NCBI GenBank assembly: GCA_034530875.2
Contig: JAVRCJ020000038.1
Location: forward strand, 1 to 64,000
Length of the DNA: 64,000 bases
From: Nostoc sp. DedSLP01
GTDB taxonomy: Bacteria > Cyanobacteriota > Cyanobacteriia > Cyanobacteriales > Nostocaceae
Direction: 5' to 3'
The notes under the pieces are model-generated. The model was not told the origin of the DNA. It was given only the letters and a program-made list of their open reading frames with translations, and did no database searches. The position numbers and the translations under genes were made by a program. Position 1 is the stretch's first letter. Each line of letters begins with the position of its first letter. Below are positions 1 to 9,221 of this stretch, piece after piece.

Positions 1-77
1 ACCTGTTCGTAGGTCATTTATGCTACCCAACTCTCACTTACTTGTCCCATGCATCTAGGACTTTTGCAAGAGGTCTA
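1..77 (-). mobile_element. Left end of a probable IS5-family (ISL2/IS702-like) insertion sequence; transposase start runs off the window edge
   Basis: Minus strand reads TAGACCTCTTGCAAAAGTCC..., resembling recalled cyanobacterial IS terminal repeats, then ATG ACC TAC GAA CAG (MTYEQ) from position 17. It abuts a headless CDS fragment at a CTA/TAG site. Confidence 0.6.
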
Positions 78-283
78 TTGAATTAGATACTTGGGCTGAA
101 TACACACTATTAAAAATTGATGCCGATGTTGATGAAGAACCAATTTATTTATTAAAAATGATTTGCCCAAGTACAGGATTTATTCATGCCTTACGAGTTC
201 CGCCCAATATTAACTCAGCACGTGAAGCGATTCGCTGGGTAAATTGGGGAGTAGATGCAGAGGAATTTGGCGTGCAAACATAA
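77..283 (+). pseudogene. 3' fragment of a DUF6745-like cyanobacterial gene, interrupted by the IS
   Basis: Hand translation IELDTWAEYTLLKIDADVDEEPIYLLKMICPSTGFIHALRVPPNINSAREAIRWVNWGVDAEEFGVQT*. No start codon for the full fragment; in-frame TAG upstream at 56-58. Confidence 0.65.
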
Positions 284-288
284 GTGTT

Positions 289-633
289 TTAGAGACTCTC
301 GCCATTGAGAAATTGTTGATACAAATTAAAAAATTTTTCAAATGCATCTGTTTCATCTACAGAATAAAAAAGGATTATACTATCCCAACCCTGAGATGAC
401 GTAATATTAAATTTTGCTTGTATCCACTCTTGAAATCTGTCAAATTTGCTTTCTTGTTCTGTTCTTGGTAAACCAAGTTCCATTCTTGCCATACCGTATC
501 CATCTAAGAGCATACGTAAACGAGTAATCGAACGTTTACCTAAATACATACCCGGTCTTTCTTTGATTCTTTGTAACAAATTGAATAAATATTCAGATTT
601 AACATCTAATTTATTCTGGGTAATTTCTGGCAT
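289..633 (-). CDS. Hypothetical protein (RPGMYLG motif), candidate immunity partner of the upstream toxin
   Basis: 114-aa ORF 15 bp downstream of the papain-fold ORF, same strand; LLQRIKERPGMYLG...GW motif. Confidence 0.7.
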   Translation of the reverse strand: MPEITQNKLDVKSEYLFNLLQRIKERPGMYLGKRSITRLRMLLDGYGMARMELGLPRTEQESKFDRFQEWIQAKFNITSSQGWDSIILFYSVDETDAFEKFFNLYQQFLNGESL

Positions 634-648
634 AAATAATTATGTCTC

Positions 649-1035
649 TTAAAAATCTTCTTCTTGAACTTTAAACTGTTGGTCATAATGTATTTTACCT
701 TGGAATACAAGATTATTCATCCATTCCCTTTTAGAAATTCCGTCAGGATGATGGTTATCAAAAACGATTTCTACATTGTTGATGAAAATTGCAATTCCCT
801 CATGACGACCATTAACTGAAATAGCCTCTCCAGGAATACTATCATCATAAATGTAGCTATTTGCACCTGTCGCTGCTCCTGTATATAGTTTGATGCGCTT
901 ACCTTGAATACCTTGTGAAATCAAGTAATTCTCAATTGCCTGAGCGCATTCAACGCATCTGAAGTTGTCATAGCGACTAGCGATCGCTCTAATTTGTAGA
1001 ACGCGATCGCTATTAATTTCGCTGCTACCTTCCAC
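649..1035 (-). CDS. Papain-fold toxin domain protein (Tox-PL-2-like)
   Basis: 128 aa with CVECAQAI (candidate catalytic Cys), GRHEGI (His) and VFDN motifs. Confidence 0.7.
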   Translation of the reverse strand: MEGSSEINSDRVLQIRAIASRYDNFRCVECAQAIENYLISQGIQGKRIKLYTGAATGANSYIYDDSIPGEAISVNGRHEGIAIFINNVEIVFDNHHPDGISKREWMNNLVFQGKIHYDQQFKVQEEDF

Positions 1036-1095
1036 TTCTCTAAAAAATACGAATTAGGCTGAATATATCATCGAATTAATTTCAAAAGATACGCA

Positions 1096-1196
1096 TTATT
1101 AAAAATGACTTGCCCAAGTACAGAATTTATTTATATCTTACGAGTTCGGCTACAATCAAATCAGTCTGTGAAGCAATTTGCTTGATAAAATAAGGG
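1096..1196 (+). repeat. Degenerate direct copy of 149-250 (DUF6745-like 3' segment)
   Basis: TTATTAAAAATGACTTGCCCAAGTACAGAATTTATTTATATCTTACGAGTTC versus TTATTAAAAATGATTTGCCCAAGTACAGGATTTATTCATGCCTTACGAGTTC. Confidence 0.85.
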
Positions 1197-1344
1197 AAAA
1201 ACTTGATGTTGAAAGTGAACGCTAAGCTAAAAAACATCAATCATAAGTATAGGCAAAACCGATGCATTGTACCATACATGAGGACAAATGCACGAATTTA
1301 GGCTTGTCCAGATTGAAAGTTATGGTAGGATAATTTTGGAGAAG

Positions 1345-1436
1345 TTGAGTTCGGCGATACGAATCTTGTTATTAGCAATAATTGCAAGCGGCTCTCCGGA
1401 TGAACATCTCTGCATCAATGGATTCTGGAGAGTTTC
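1345..1436 (+). promoter_or_regulatory. rbp-type 5' leader with conserved boxes
   Basis: TTCGGCGA, CTCTCCGGA and TTCTGGAGAG (RBS) elements, which can pair with each other, as recalled for cyanobacterial rbp leaders. Confidence 0.5.
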
Positions 1437-1751
1437 ATGTCAATCTACGTAGGGAACCTATCCTACAGCGTCACACAAGACGACCTTAGTAAGGTATTTT
1501 CCGAGTATGGCACCGTTACACGCGTTCAATTACCCACAGATAGGGAAACAGGACGCGCCCGGGGCTTTGGCTTTGTGGAAATGGAATCATCAGCCGCAGA
1601 AGATGCTGCTATTCAGGCTTTGGATGGTGCAGAATGGATGGGTCGGGTAATGAAAGTTAATAAAGCTAGACCACGAGAGGATAAAGGTACTCGTTCTGGC
1701 GGTGGTGGTTGGCAGAAAAATAATAATAGCGGATACTCAAGAGGCTATTAA
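1437..1751 (+). CDS. rbp: RRM RNA-binding protein with Gly-rich tail (Rbp family)
   Basis: IYVGNL (RNP2), RGFGFVEM (RNP1), C-terminal Gly-rich tail. Confidence 0.95.
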   Translation: MSIYVGNLSYSVTQDDLSKVFSEYGTVTRVQLPTDRETGRARGFGFVEMESSAAEDAAIQALDGAEWMGRVMKVNKARPREDKGTRSGGGGWQKNNNSGYSRGY

Positions 1752-2092
1752 GTTTTGCAACGATTCACAAAGGCAAAAGCTTTATTAGCGATCGCCAACT
1801 TAGCAGTTTAGTAGATAACGAATCTGCAAAATCTTCTATGAGCAGTTCAGGAAATAGCTGGACTGCTTATTTATTTGATAGAGGAGCCAACGGTGAACTT
1901 CAGCATAATTTAATCTGATGGTAGGCATAGTATTTTGGCGTAGCAATAAGCTGTTACTCTTTCTAGGAGCTACTTGTGCCTAGTAGGGAATTTTAGCTTA
2001 AGAGAGAAATTTTAATGCAACTTTGGTAAAGAACAATAGATAGAATGAACAGAGTTAGCCTTAATGTCTAATCGCCAAAACCTATACATCTC

Positions 2093-3697
2093 ATGGATTT
2101 TGCTAATCTTGCATCCCAGTTAAATGCTGGAACGATCTTACCAGAGGGAATTATAATTCTCACCCTCTTAGGGGTTTTGATAGTTGATTTGATTTTGGGG
2201 CGTACATCCTCGCGCTGGGTTGGATATCTAGCGATCGCGGGTTTGTTGGCTTCGATTGTCGCCCTGTATTTTCAATGGGATGCTCTCAATCCCATCTCTT
2301 TTAGCGGCGGTTTTAACAGTGACAACCTCAGTATCGTTTTTCGCGGTATCGTAGCGTTGTCTGCCGCTTTTACTATATTGATGTCAATTCGCTACATTGA
2401 GCAGAGTGGCACCGCTTTAGCAGAATTCATCGCTATTTTGCTGACAGCTACCCTTGGAGGAATGTTTTTATCCGGGGCTAGCGAGTTAGTCATGATTTTC
2501 ATCTCCCTAGAAACCCTGAGTATCTCCTCTTATTTACTAACAGGTTATACCAAGCGGGACCCCCGTTCCAACGAAGCAGCGCTAAAATACCTGTTAATTG
2601 GAGCTTCCAGTACAGCAGTATTTTTGTACGGAGTATCATTGCTGTATGGATTATCAGGCGGACAAACCGAACTAAGTGCGATCGCCAATGGTATTGCCAC
2701 AGCTAAGGCTGGTCAATCTTTAGGTTTAGTAATTGCCCTAGTTTTTGCGATCGCAGGTATTGGCTTTAAAATCTCCGCTGCGCCCTTCCACCAGTGGACG
2801 CCAGACGTTTACGAAGGCGCTCCCACCCCGGTAATCGCCTTTTTATCTGTAGGTTCCAAAGCAGCTGGGTTTGCTCTAGCTATCCGCTTGCTGACAACAG
2901 CCTTCCCCCTGGTTGCAGAGGAATGGAAATTTGTCTTCACTGCTCTAGCCGTTCTCAGCATGATCTTGGGTAACGTAGTCGCCCTAGCCCAAACCAGTAT
3001 GAAACGGATGCTAGCTTATTCATCCATTGCCCAAGCTGGCTTTGTGATGATTGGCTTAATTGCTAGCACGCAAGCAGGTTACGCCAGTATGGTATTTTAT
3101 CTCCTGGTCTACCTGTTCATGAACTTGTGCGGCTTTACCTGCATCATTCTGTTCTCCTTGCGGACAGGAACCGACCAGATTGCCGAATACTCTGGACTCT
3201 ATCAAAAAGACCCACTCCTAACATTAGGCTTGAGTATCTCCCTACTTTCCTTGGGCGGTATTCCACCATTAGCTGGGTTTTTTGGGAAGATTTACCTATT
3301 TTGGGCTGGTTGGCAAGCAGGTCTTTACAGCTTAGTCTTGTTGGGCTTAGTTACTAGCGTCGTCTCCATCTACTACTACATCCGTGTAGTTAAGATGATG
3401 GTAGTCAAAGAACCACATGAAATGTCCGACGCTGTAAAGAATTATCCGCCAGTAAGTTGGAATTTGCCTGGATTTAGACCTTTGCAAGTCGGCTTAGTGG
3501 TCAGTTTAATTGCCACTTCCATTGCAGGGATTTTGTCAAATCCACTATTTACATTGGCTAACCATTCCATCTCCCATACTGCAATTCTGCAAGCAAAAAT
3601 CAATAGCACTGTACAAGCACAAAATCTACCACTCGTGCCAAAGTTAGATTCAGTAAGTCAGTCTCAACCCTCCGTTGATTCGACTGCTAAGATTTAA
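2093..3697 (+). CDS. ndhB: NAD(P)H-quinone oxidoreductase subunit 2 (NdhB/NuoN)
   Basis: Hydrophobic 534 aa; [46 protein letters not shown]. Confidence 0.97.
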   Translation: MDFANLASQLNAGTILPEGIIILTLLGVLIVDLILGRTSSRWVGYLAIAGLLASIVALYFQWDALNPISFSGGFNSDNLSIVFRGIVALSAAFTILMSIRYIEQSGTALAEFIAILLTATLGGMFLSGASELVMIFISLETLSISSYLLTGYTKRDPRSNEAALKYLLIGASSTAVFLYGVSLLYGLSGGQTELSAIANGIATAKAGQSLGLVIALVFAIAGIGFKISAAPFHQWTPDVYEGAPTPVIAFLSVGSKAAGFALAIRLLTTAFPLVAEEWKFVFTALAVLSMILGNVVALAQTSMKRMLAYSSIAQAGFVMIGLIASTQAGYASMVFYLLVYLFMNLCGFTCIILFSLRTGTDQIAEYSGLYQKDPLLTLGLSISLLSLGGIPPLAGFFGKIYLFWAGWQAGLYSLVLLGLVTSVVSIYYYIRVVKMMVVKEPHEMSDAVKNYPPVSWNLPGFRPLQVGLVVSLIATSIAGILSNPLFTLANHSISHTAILQAKINSTVQAQNLPLVPKLDSVSQSQPSVDSTAKI

Positions 3698-3733
3698 CCG
3701 TCTGAATCTGAATAAGACTTTGGGCTATGAAAT

Positions 3734-3768
3734 AAGCGCCTGGTTGCTAATTAGAAACCAGGCGTTTT
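3734..3768. terminator. Hairpin terminator between convergent ndhB and kinase genes
   Basis: CGCCTGGTT-loop-AACCAGGCG followed by TTTT. Confidence 0.65.
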
Positions 3769-3797
3769 CAATTTTGATTAATTATAATTTTGCTATT

Positions 3798-4841
3798 TTA
3801 AGAAATTGGGATAGTGATGATAAATTCTGAACCTTCTCCCAATAGAGAATTTACTTCTAAAGTTCCCTTATGTTTTTGCACAACTATTTGATAGGCAATT
3901 GATAACCCTAATCCTGTTCCTTTTCCCACTGGTTTAGTTGTAAATAAATGATTAAAAATTTTTTCTTTGACTTCCGGCGATATTCCCACTCCATTATCTT
4001 TAATGCGAATCAATACATGATTTTTATCTTCTGTTAGAGCAGTATTAATTGTAATTTTATTGGGATTTGCCTTAATTTCATCAAAACTCAATCCATGATT
4101 AGATTCTTCTAATGCATCAATGGCATTTGCCAATAGATTCATAAATACCTGATTTAGTTGTCCTGGAAAGCATTCTATTATGGGAGATTCCTCGTAATCT
4201 TGAATTACTTCAATAGCAGGACGTATCTTATTAGCTTGTAAACGGTGCTTCAGAATAACCAGAGTACTATTAATACCCTCATGAAGATTAAAGATAACTT
4301 TTTGTTCTGTATCTGCTCTAGAGAAAGTACGCAAGCTCTTACTAAGATTGGAAATCCTATCTGTACCTTCTTTAATTGAGGAAATGATTTTAGGTAAATC
4401 TTCCCGGATGTATTCTAGGTCAATAACTTTGATTTTTTCCTGGGTTTCTTTAGATAATATAGGAAAAACTTGTTCGTAAAAATCTATTATAGAAAATAAG
4501 TCTTTAATATACTCTTGAGCTGGAGTCAGATTGCCTGCTATAAAGCCAATTGGATTGTTAATTTCGTGAGCAACATCTGCAACTAGGCTTCCCAAACTAG
4601 ACATCTTATTCTCCATTATTTGCAAATTAAAAAGCATTGTTTCTAACTCATTAGTTCTTTCCTCTAATTGGTTTTGGTACTCTTTTAATTCATCAATTAC
4701 TCTTTTTAAAAGAGACTCTTTTTTTTGATTTATCTCTTCAAGCTTTACTCTGTCTGCCTCAGACCTTTCCAACTGTTTTTGAAGTATTCTATTAGCTTTT
4801 TTAAGTTCTTGGATTTCTTTTTCACAATCAAAACTTGCCAT
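3798..4841 (-). CDS. Soluble histidine kinase (coiled coil + HisKA + HATPase)
   Basis: VAHEINNP H-box, QVFMNLLANAIDA N-box, DNGVG and FTTKPVGKGTGLGL; no transmembrane segment. Confidence 0.92.
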   Translation of the reverse strand: MASFDCEKEIQELKKANRILQKQLERSEADRVKLEEINQKKESLLKRVIDELKEYQNQLEERTNELETMLFNLQIMENKMSSLGSLVADVAHEINNPIGFIAGNLTPAQEYIKDLFSIIDFYEQVFPILSKETQEKIKVIDLEYIREDLPKIISSIKEGTDRISNLSKSLRTFSRADTEQKVIFNLHEGINSTLVILKHRLQANKIRPAIEVIQDYEESPIIECFPGQLNQVFMNLLANAIDALEESNHGLSFDEIKANPNKITINTALTEDKNHVLIRIKDNGVGISPEVKEKIFNHLFTTKPVGKGTGLGLSIAYQIVVQKHKGTLEVNSLLGEGSEFIITIPIS

Positions 4842-4847
4842 CAGCTT

Positions 4848-5999
4848 TTACTGAACTCCCAAAATTAAACTTACAAAAGTTTCATTGTGAAATTGTGTTT
4901 GGCTAATTAGATCTATAGGAGCAATTTCTCCATTAGAATAAAACCCACATGAAGGTAAAGACTTATTCAAGCAAAACTTAATATTTTCGTACTCTTCTTG
5001 TGCTCTCGTACCCAGTATTTGCCGACGAGCAACACATGAAAAAAATAAAGCAGCACTTGGTTCTGTACCCGAATAATTATTTAAGGCATTCATAAATGAT
5101 GCTTTAGAAGCGGCGATAATATCTTCATAACCTGCTTCAGAAATTTGAATCAGTGCTCCGTTTGGAATATCTGCAAAAAAGGTGATGCTACCAGATTCTT
5201 GATTGTAAGCAATGGGTGCTCTGATATAAAATTTATCTGTACCTTGGTCAAAAACTGCTAAGGGATATTCTATTGAAGGAGGAAGCGAGCCTAAATAATG
5301 GTGATAGAAATCTAAAGCTGGTTTTCCATCTATTTCATAGACAATGTTCCGCTCTACTTTAGTTACTTTGCTGACTTGGCCGATGGGAGACCAACCACTT
5401 GCAACGCCATAAGAAAATAATATTTTGCCGCAAAAAAGTAGGATTGGTACAGAATCACTTAAAACTTCTGTTTGAAAAAATTGGTATGTATTTTGATATT
5501 TGGATTGGTCGGCTGCTAAACCACCAAATACAGGTACATCTTGACCGAGAGCTAGTTTTAAGCCATTTAATATAGAGACACCGCTAGTCGTGAGGCTCTC
5601 TGGATGAGTGAAACATAAGCTTGGTGGTACTGTACTTTTTGCTTTGGCTTGTTCTACAGCTTGTTTAGTTGCAGTAATTGCATCAGCTGAAACTTTGCGT
5701 CCGACTCCTGCATGAATTTCTACTTCGTCTGAGCAAAACAACATCAAAGTAATTGAGTCTTGCTGAAATTCTAGGACTGAAGAAATTTCTCCATCTGTTG
5801 TTCCACCAATTAACTCAATTCCCTCAAAAGTCTGATGAATTTTTTGCAAAATCAGGGAATGATCGAAGTCAATTGCAGCAAAAAGAATTCCAGCTTGTGG
5901 GATATCTCCTGCTAGGGTATTGACGCATTGTTGAAGAACTTCCTCAACTGCTGATAGAGAATCTGGATCGTTACTATGACCTACTACTGCTTTGAACAT
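4848..5999 (-). CDS. FIST domain signal-transduction protein (NosP-like)
   Basis: IGGTTDGEI, VFGGLAAD, GWSPIG, EIDGKPA, FSCVARR, GFYSNGEI, FHNET motifs of FIST_N/FIST_C. Confidence 0.9.
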   Translation of the reverse strand: MFKAVVGHSNDPDSLSAVEEVLQQCVNTLAGDIPQAGILFAAIDFDHSLILQKIHQTFEGIELIGGTTDGEISSVLEFQQDSITLMLFCSDEVEIHAGVGRKVSADAITATKQAVEQAKAKSTVPPSLCFTHPESLTTSGVSILNGLKLALGQDVPVFGGLAADQSKYQNTYQFFQTEVLSDSVPILLFCGKILFSYGVASGWSPIGQVSKVTKVERNIVYEIDGKPALDFYHHYLGSLPPSIEYPLAVFDQGTDKFYIRAPIAYNQESGSITFFADIPNGALIQISEAGYEDIIAASKASFMNALNNYSGTEPSAALFFSCVARRQILGTRAQEEYENIKFCLNKSLPSCGFYSNGEIAPIDLISQTQFHNETFVSLILGVQ

Positions 6000-6071
6000 A
6001 TATTTATATATCGAGAAAGTGTTTTATTGGAAAATAATAATTTCTAAATTCTCAGAAACATTAGATGCTTG

Positions 6072-7391
6072 TTAAACAGGTAGCTTAATGATAAAGTCAG
6101 AACCTTTTCCTGATGCTGAATTGACTTCCAGTGTTCCTTGATGTTTATCGACAATAATTTGGCGAGCAATAGATAGTCCTAGTCCTGTGCCTTGACCAAC
6201 TGGTTTAGTAGTAAATAAATGGTCAAAAATTTTTTGCTGGACATCAGCCGACATCCCCACACCATTATCTTGAATCCGAATTAAGACATAGTGGTTATCT
6301 TCATTTAAACTGGTTTGAATCCAAATTTGATTAGGATTTGCTTCAATTTCAATATAGCTTCGTCCTAAATTTGATTCTTCTAAAGCATCAATAGCATTAG
6401 CTAATATATTCATAAAGACCTGATTTAACTGTCCGCTAAAGCATTCTATTTCTGGTAAATTTCCGTAATCTTTAATAATTTCTATATTGGGACGAGATTC
6501 TGTTGCTTTCAAGCGGTGTTTGAGAATCATGATTGTGCTATCAATACCATCATGGATGTTACAAACAACTTTGCGATCGCTATCTGCTCTGGAAAAGTTT
6601 CGCAGACTTGTACTAATGTTACGAATACGTTGAACGCCTTCTTTCATCGAATCTATTAAGTTAGGCAGATCCGAAAGCATATATTGTAAATCTATTGCTG
6701 TAATTTCTTTTTGGATTTCTGCAACTGGATGAGGATAATGCCGTTGATAAAGCTCAATTATCTTACTCATTGCTTGGAAATAGACGCTAGCATGTCCGAG
6801 ATTTCCATGAATGAAACCAACTGGATTATTAATTTCATGAGCAACTCCTGCAACTAATTGACCAAGGGCGGACATTTTTTCTGTCTGTACAAGCTGGAGT
6901 TGCGATTCTTGTAAATCTTTGAGTGCTCTAGACAATGCTGCTGTTCTTTCTGCAACTCGGTTTTCTAAAGTTTTTGTCAGATTTCGTAGTTGAAGGTGGG
7001 TTTTAATTCTAGCTAATAGCTCTTCTTCATTAAAAGGTTTTGTAATATAATCAACTGCACCGATATTTAAACCTTTAATTTTACTGTCTGTATCTGAATT
7101 TCCTGTCATAAAAATCACAGGAATATCGCAAGTTTCTGGCTTTTCCTTCAGTTTTTTACATGTTTCAAAACCATCTATTTTCGGCATCATCACATCTAGC
7201 AAAATCAAATCAGGCAGCTTAGATTCAGCTTCTTTTAGCGCCCTTTCTCCATTAACTTCTGTCACTACTTCAAAGCCAGCATTCGTTAATATGTGGAAAA
7301 CGATCTCTAAATTAGTATTAGTATCATCAACCACTAAAATTAAAGTATTTTCTGCGATATTAGGCATTTTTATAGGTTGCTTATAACTCAT
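6072..7391 (-). CDS. Hybrid response regulator-histidine kinase
   Basis: N-terminal receiver (LVVDD, LLDVMMP, KPF) plus VAHEINNP kinase core. Confidence 0.93.
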   Translation of the reverse strand: MSYKQPIKMPNIAENTLILVVDDTNTNLEIVFHILTNAGFEVVTEVNGERALKEAESKLPDLILLDVMMPKIDGFETCKKLKEKPETCDIPVIFMTGNSDTDSKIKGLNIGAVDYITKPFNEEELLARIKTHLQLRNLTKTLENRVAERTAALSRALKDLQESQLQLVQTEKMSALGQLVAGVAHEINNPVGFIHGNLGHASVYFQAMSKIIELYQRHYPHPVAEIQKEITAIDLQYMLSDLPNLIDSMKEGVQRIRNISTSLRNFSRADSDRKVVCNIHDGIDSTIMILKHRLKATESRPNIEIIKDYGNLPEIECFSGQLNQVFMNILANAIDALEESNLGRSYIEIEANPNQIWIQTSLNEDNHYVLIRIQDNGVGMSADVQQKIFDHLFTTKPVGQGTGLGLSIARQIIVDKHQGTLEVNSASGKGSDFIIKLPV

Positions 7392-8010
7392 GTATTTGAT
7401 TTAATTTAGCTCCTTATTATTTGTTGATAGTTAGCTCTGGGATGGCAGCTGAGCCAAGTGTATTTTCTTAGCAGACTGAGAAATTTACTGTCTAACAATC
7501 CTATAGTTCCCAAAAATTTGAATCCAGCAACATTCTCATACTAAATTGCCTATATTTCATTGGGGCGATCGCTACACATGGATCTACTACTAAATCTTAG
7601 TTTTTATCAAATTTGAATATTCTATTTTTTGGAATTAGTCATTATTACTCTTGTTTTCCTATAGAAGTAACACTAGCTAAGATGAGTCTTTTTGTGCTGT
7701 AGACAAACTTTTTTGCTTCGTCAACAGCATTTATGATGGTCAGGTAAATATGTAACTATTTTTATTAAAAAAAAATAATTCCAGATAATCACGGTTACGT
7801 TTATTTAAAAAAAAATTAACAATGGACAAGTAAGTTTTGAAATATTCATATACCTTTACGCACCGCTGTATGCCTTACATACTCTCTCTTCTAGAAAATG
7901 CGGTGTTCAAGAGAATTATTTCAAAAAATCTGCAATAGGTTTTTCAAAAATCTATTGTTTTTTCTTCTGTGATTTATTTGCGTCCCTAAGTTTTAACTCA
8001 GAGAGTTTTT

Positions 8011-8997
8011 ATGCAGCAATTACTTTGCTCTGGTTTATACTGTCCATTTGCATCACAGATTAATAAGCATATTGATATATTAGAAAAGCACGCTCTTGAA
8101 TGGGTGATTCAGTTTAATCTCTTGGCTAATGAATCATCTTATAAGCGTTTTTGTAAATCAAAATTTTTCTTTTTAGCAGCAAGTGCTTATCCTAATTGCG
8201 AACTTGAAGAACTAAAAATTGCAAATGATTGGTTGAGCTGGGTGTTTATTTGGGATGACCAGTGCGATCTATCGAATTTAGGAAAAGAACCTGATGTTCT
8301 TAAAGATTTCCATCAGAGATTTATAGATATATTAAATGGTGCAGACTTGACAAGTAAGGATATACCACTTGCTTATGCCTTAAGGGATTTACGAGAACGG
8401 ATACTTCAGAGAGGCAGTAAAGAATGGTTTGATTACTTTGTCAATCGTTATCAAGGTTATTTCGATGGATGCGTTGAAGAAGCAATTAATCGCGCACAGG
8501 GAATTACACCGGATGTTGAAAGTTACATGCTGATACGTAGGTTAAGTTTAGGTGGATATCTTTGCCTTGCATTGATGGAATTTTGTGACCAAATAATGAT
8601 TCCTGAGTTTTTCCGATATCATCATGTGATGAAGGAGTTAAAAGTAATGACAATTAACATCCTTGCTTGGTGTAACGATATTTTTTCTGTACATAGAGAA
8701 ATGTCAAGTGGTGATGTGCATAATTTAGTATTGCTAATCGATCGCCCACAAATATTCTCTTTAGAAAAAGCAACAATTGCAGCAACTGAAATGCACAATC
8801 AAGAAGTAGATCGCTTGCAAGAATTTGAATTATCTATTCCATCTTTTGGAGAAAAATTAGATACGGAATTGGAAAAATATATATTCGGAATACATAGCTG
8901 GATATCTGCTAATTTTAATTGGTATTATCACTCTGGTCGCTATGAAACTATAGAAAGGTTAGAGTTAAGTCAAGAAAATCTCATGCTATCTTTATAA
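8011..8997 (+). CDS. Class I terpene (probably sesquiterpene) synthase
   Basis: WDDQCD Asp-rich motif, RRLSLGG (Arg sensor region), NDIFSVHRE (NSE triad), terminal WYYHSGRY. Confidence 0.9.
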   Translation: MQQLLCSGLYCPFASQINKHIDILEKHALEWVIQFNLLANESSYKRFCKSKFFFLAASAYPNCELEELKIANDWLSWVFIWDDQCDLSNLGKEPDVLKDFHQRFIDILNGADLTSKDIPLAYALRDLRERILQRGSKEWFDYFVNRYQGYFDGCVEEAINRAQGITPDVESYMLIRRLSLGGYLCLALMEFCDQIMIPEFFRYHHVMKELKVMTINILAWCNDIFSVHREMSSGDVHNLVLLIDRPQIFSLEKATIAATEMHNQEVDRLQEFELSIPSFGEKLDTELEKYIFGIHSWISANFNWYYHSGRYETIERLELSQENLMLSL

Positions 8998-9132
8998 AAA
9001 TAAAGATACCTCAAGGGTACATCATAGCGCTGAAATTTTACCATCGCAGATGAACCCCACTTTATCGGTTTAAGGCAATACCGTTCAGTTAAGCGTCACA
9101 AAAGTTGTGAGAGATTCCTATTCCAAGTAAAG

Positions 9133-9168
9133 TAAAAAGGCAAAAGAAAATCTTCTTTTGCCTTTTTA
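9133..9168. terminator. Bidirectional hairpin terminator downstream of rpoC2 and the terpene synthase
   Basis: AAAAAGGCAAAAGAA-loop-TTCTTTTGCCTTTTT. Confidence 0.7.
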
Positions 9169-9184
9169 ATTTTCTACAAATGAT

Positions 9185-9212
9185 GTAGAGACACGATTAA
9201 TCGCATCTCTAC
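9185..9212. repeat. REP-like palindrome (GTAGAGAC...TCTCTAC type)
   Basis: GTAGAGACACGATTAATCGCATCTCTAC; related to 47879-47905. Confidence 0.6.
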
Positions 9213-9221
9213 TTTTTAGTT

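Noticed and set aside
446..652. 68-aa plus-strand ORF
   Set aside because: Antisense to the better-supported 289-633 gene.
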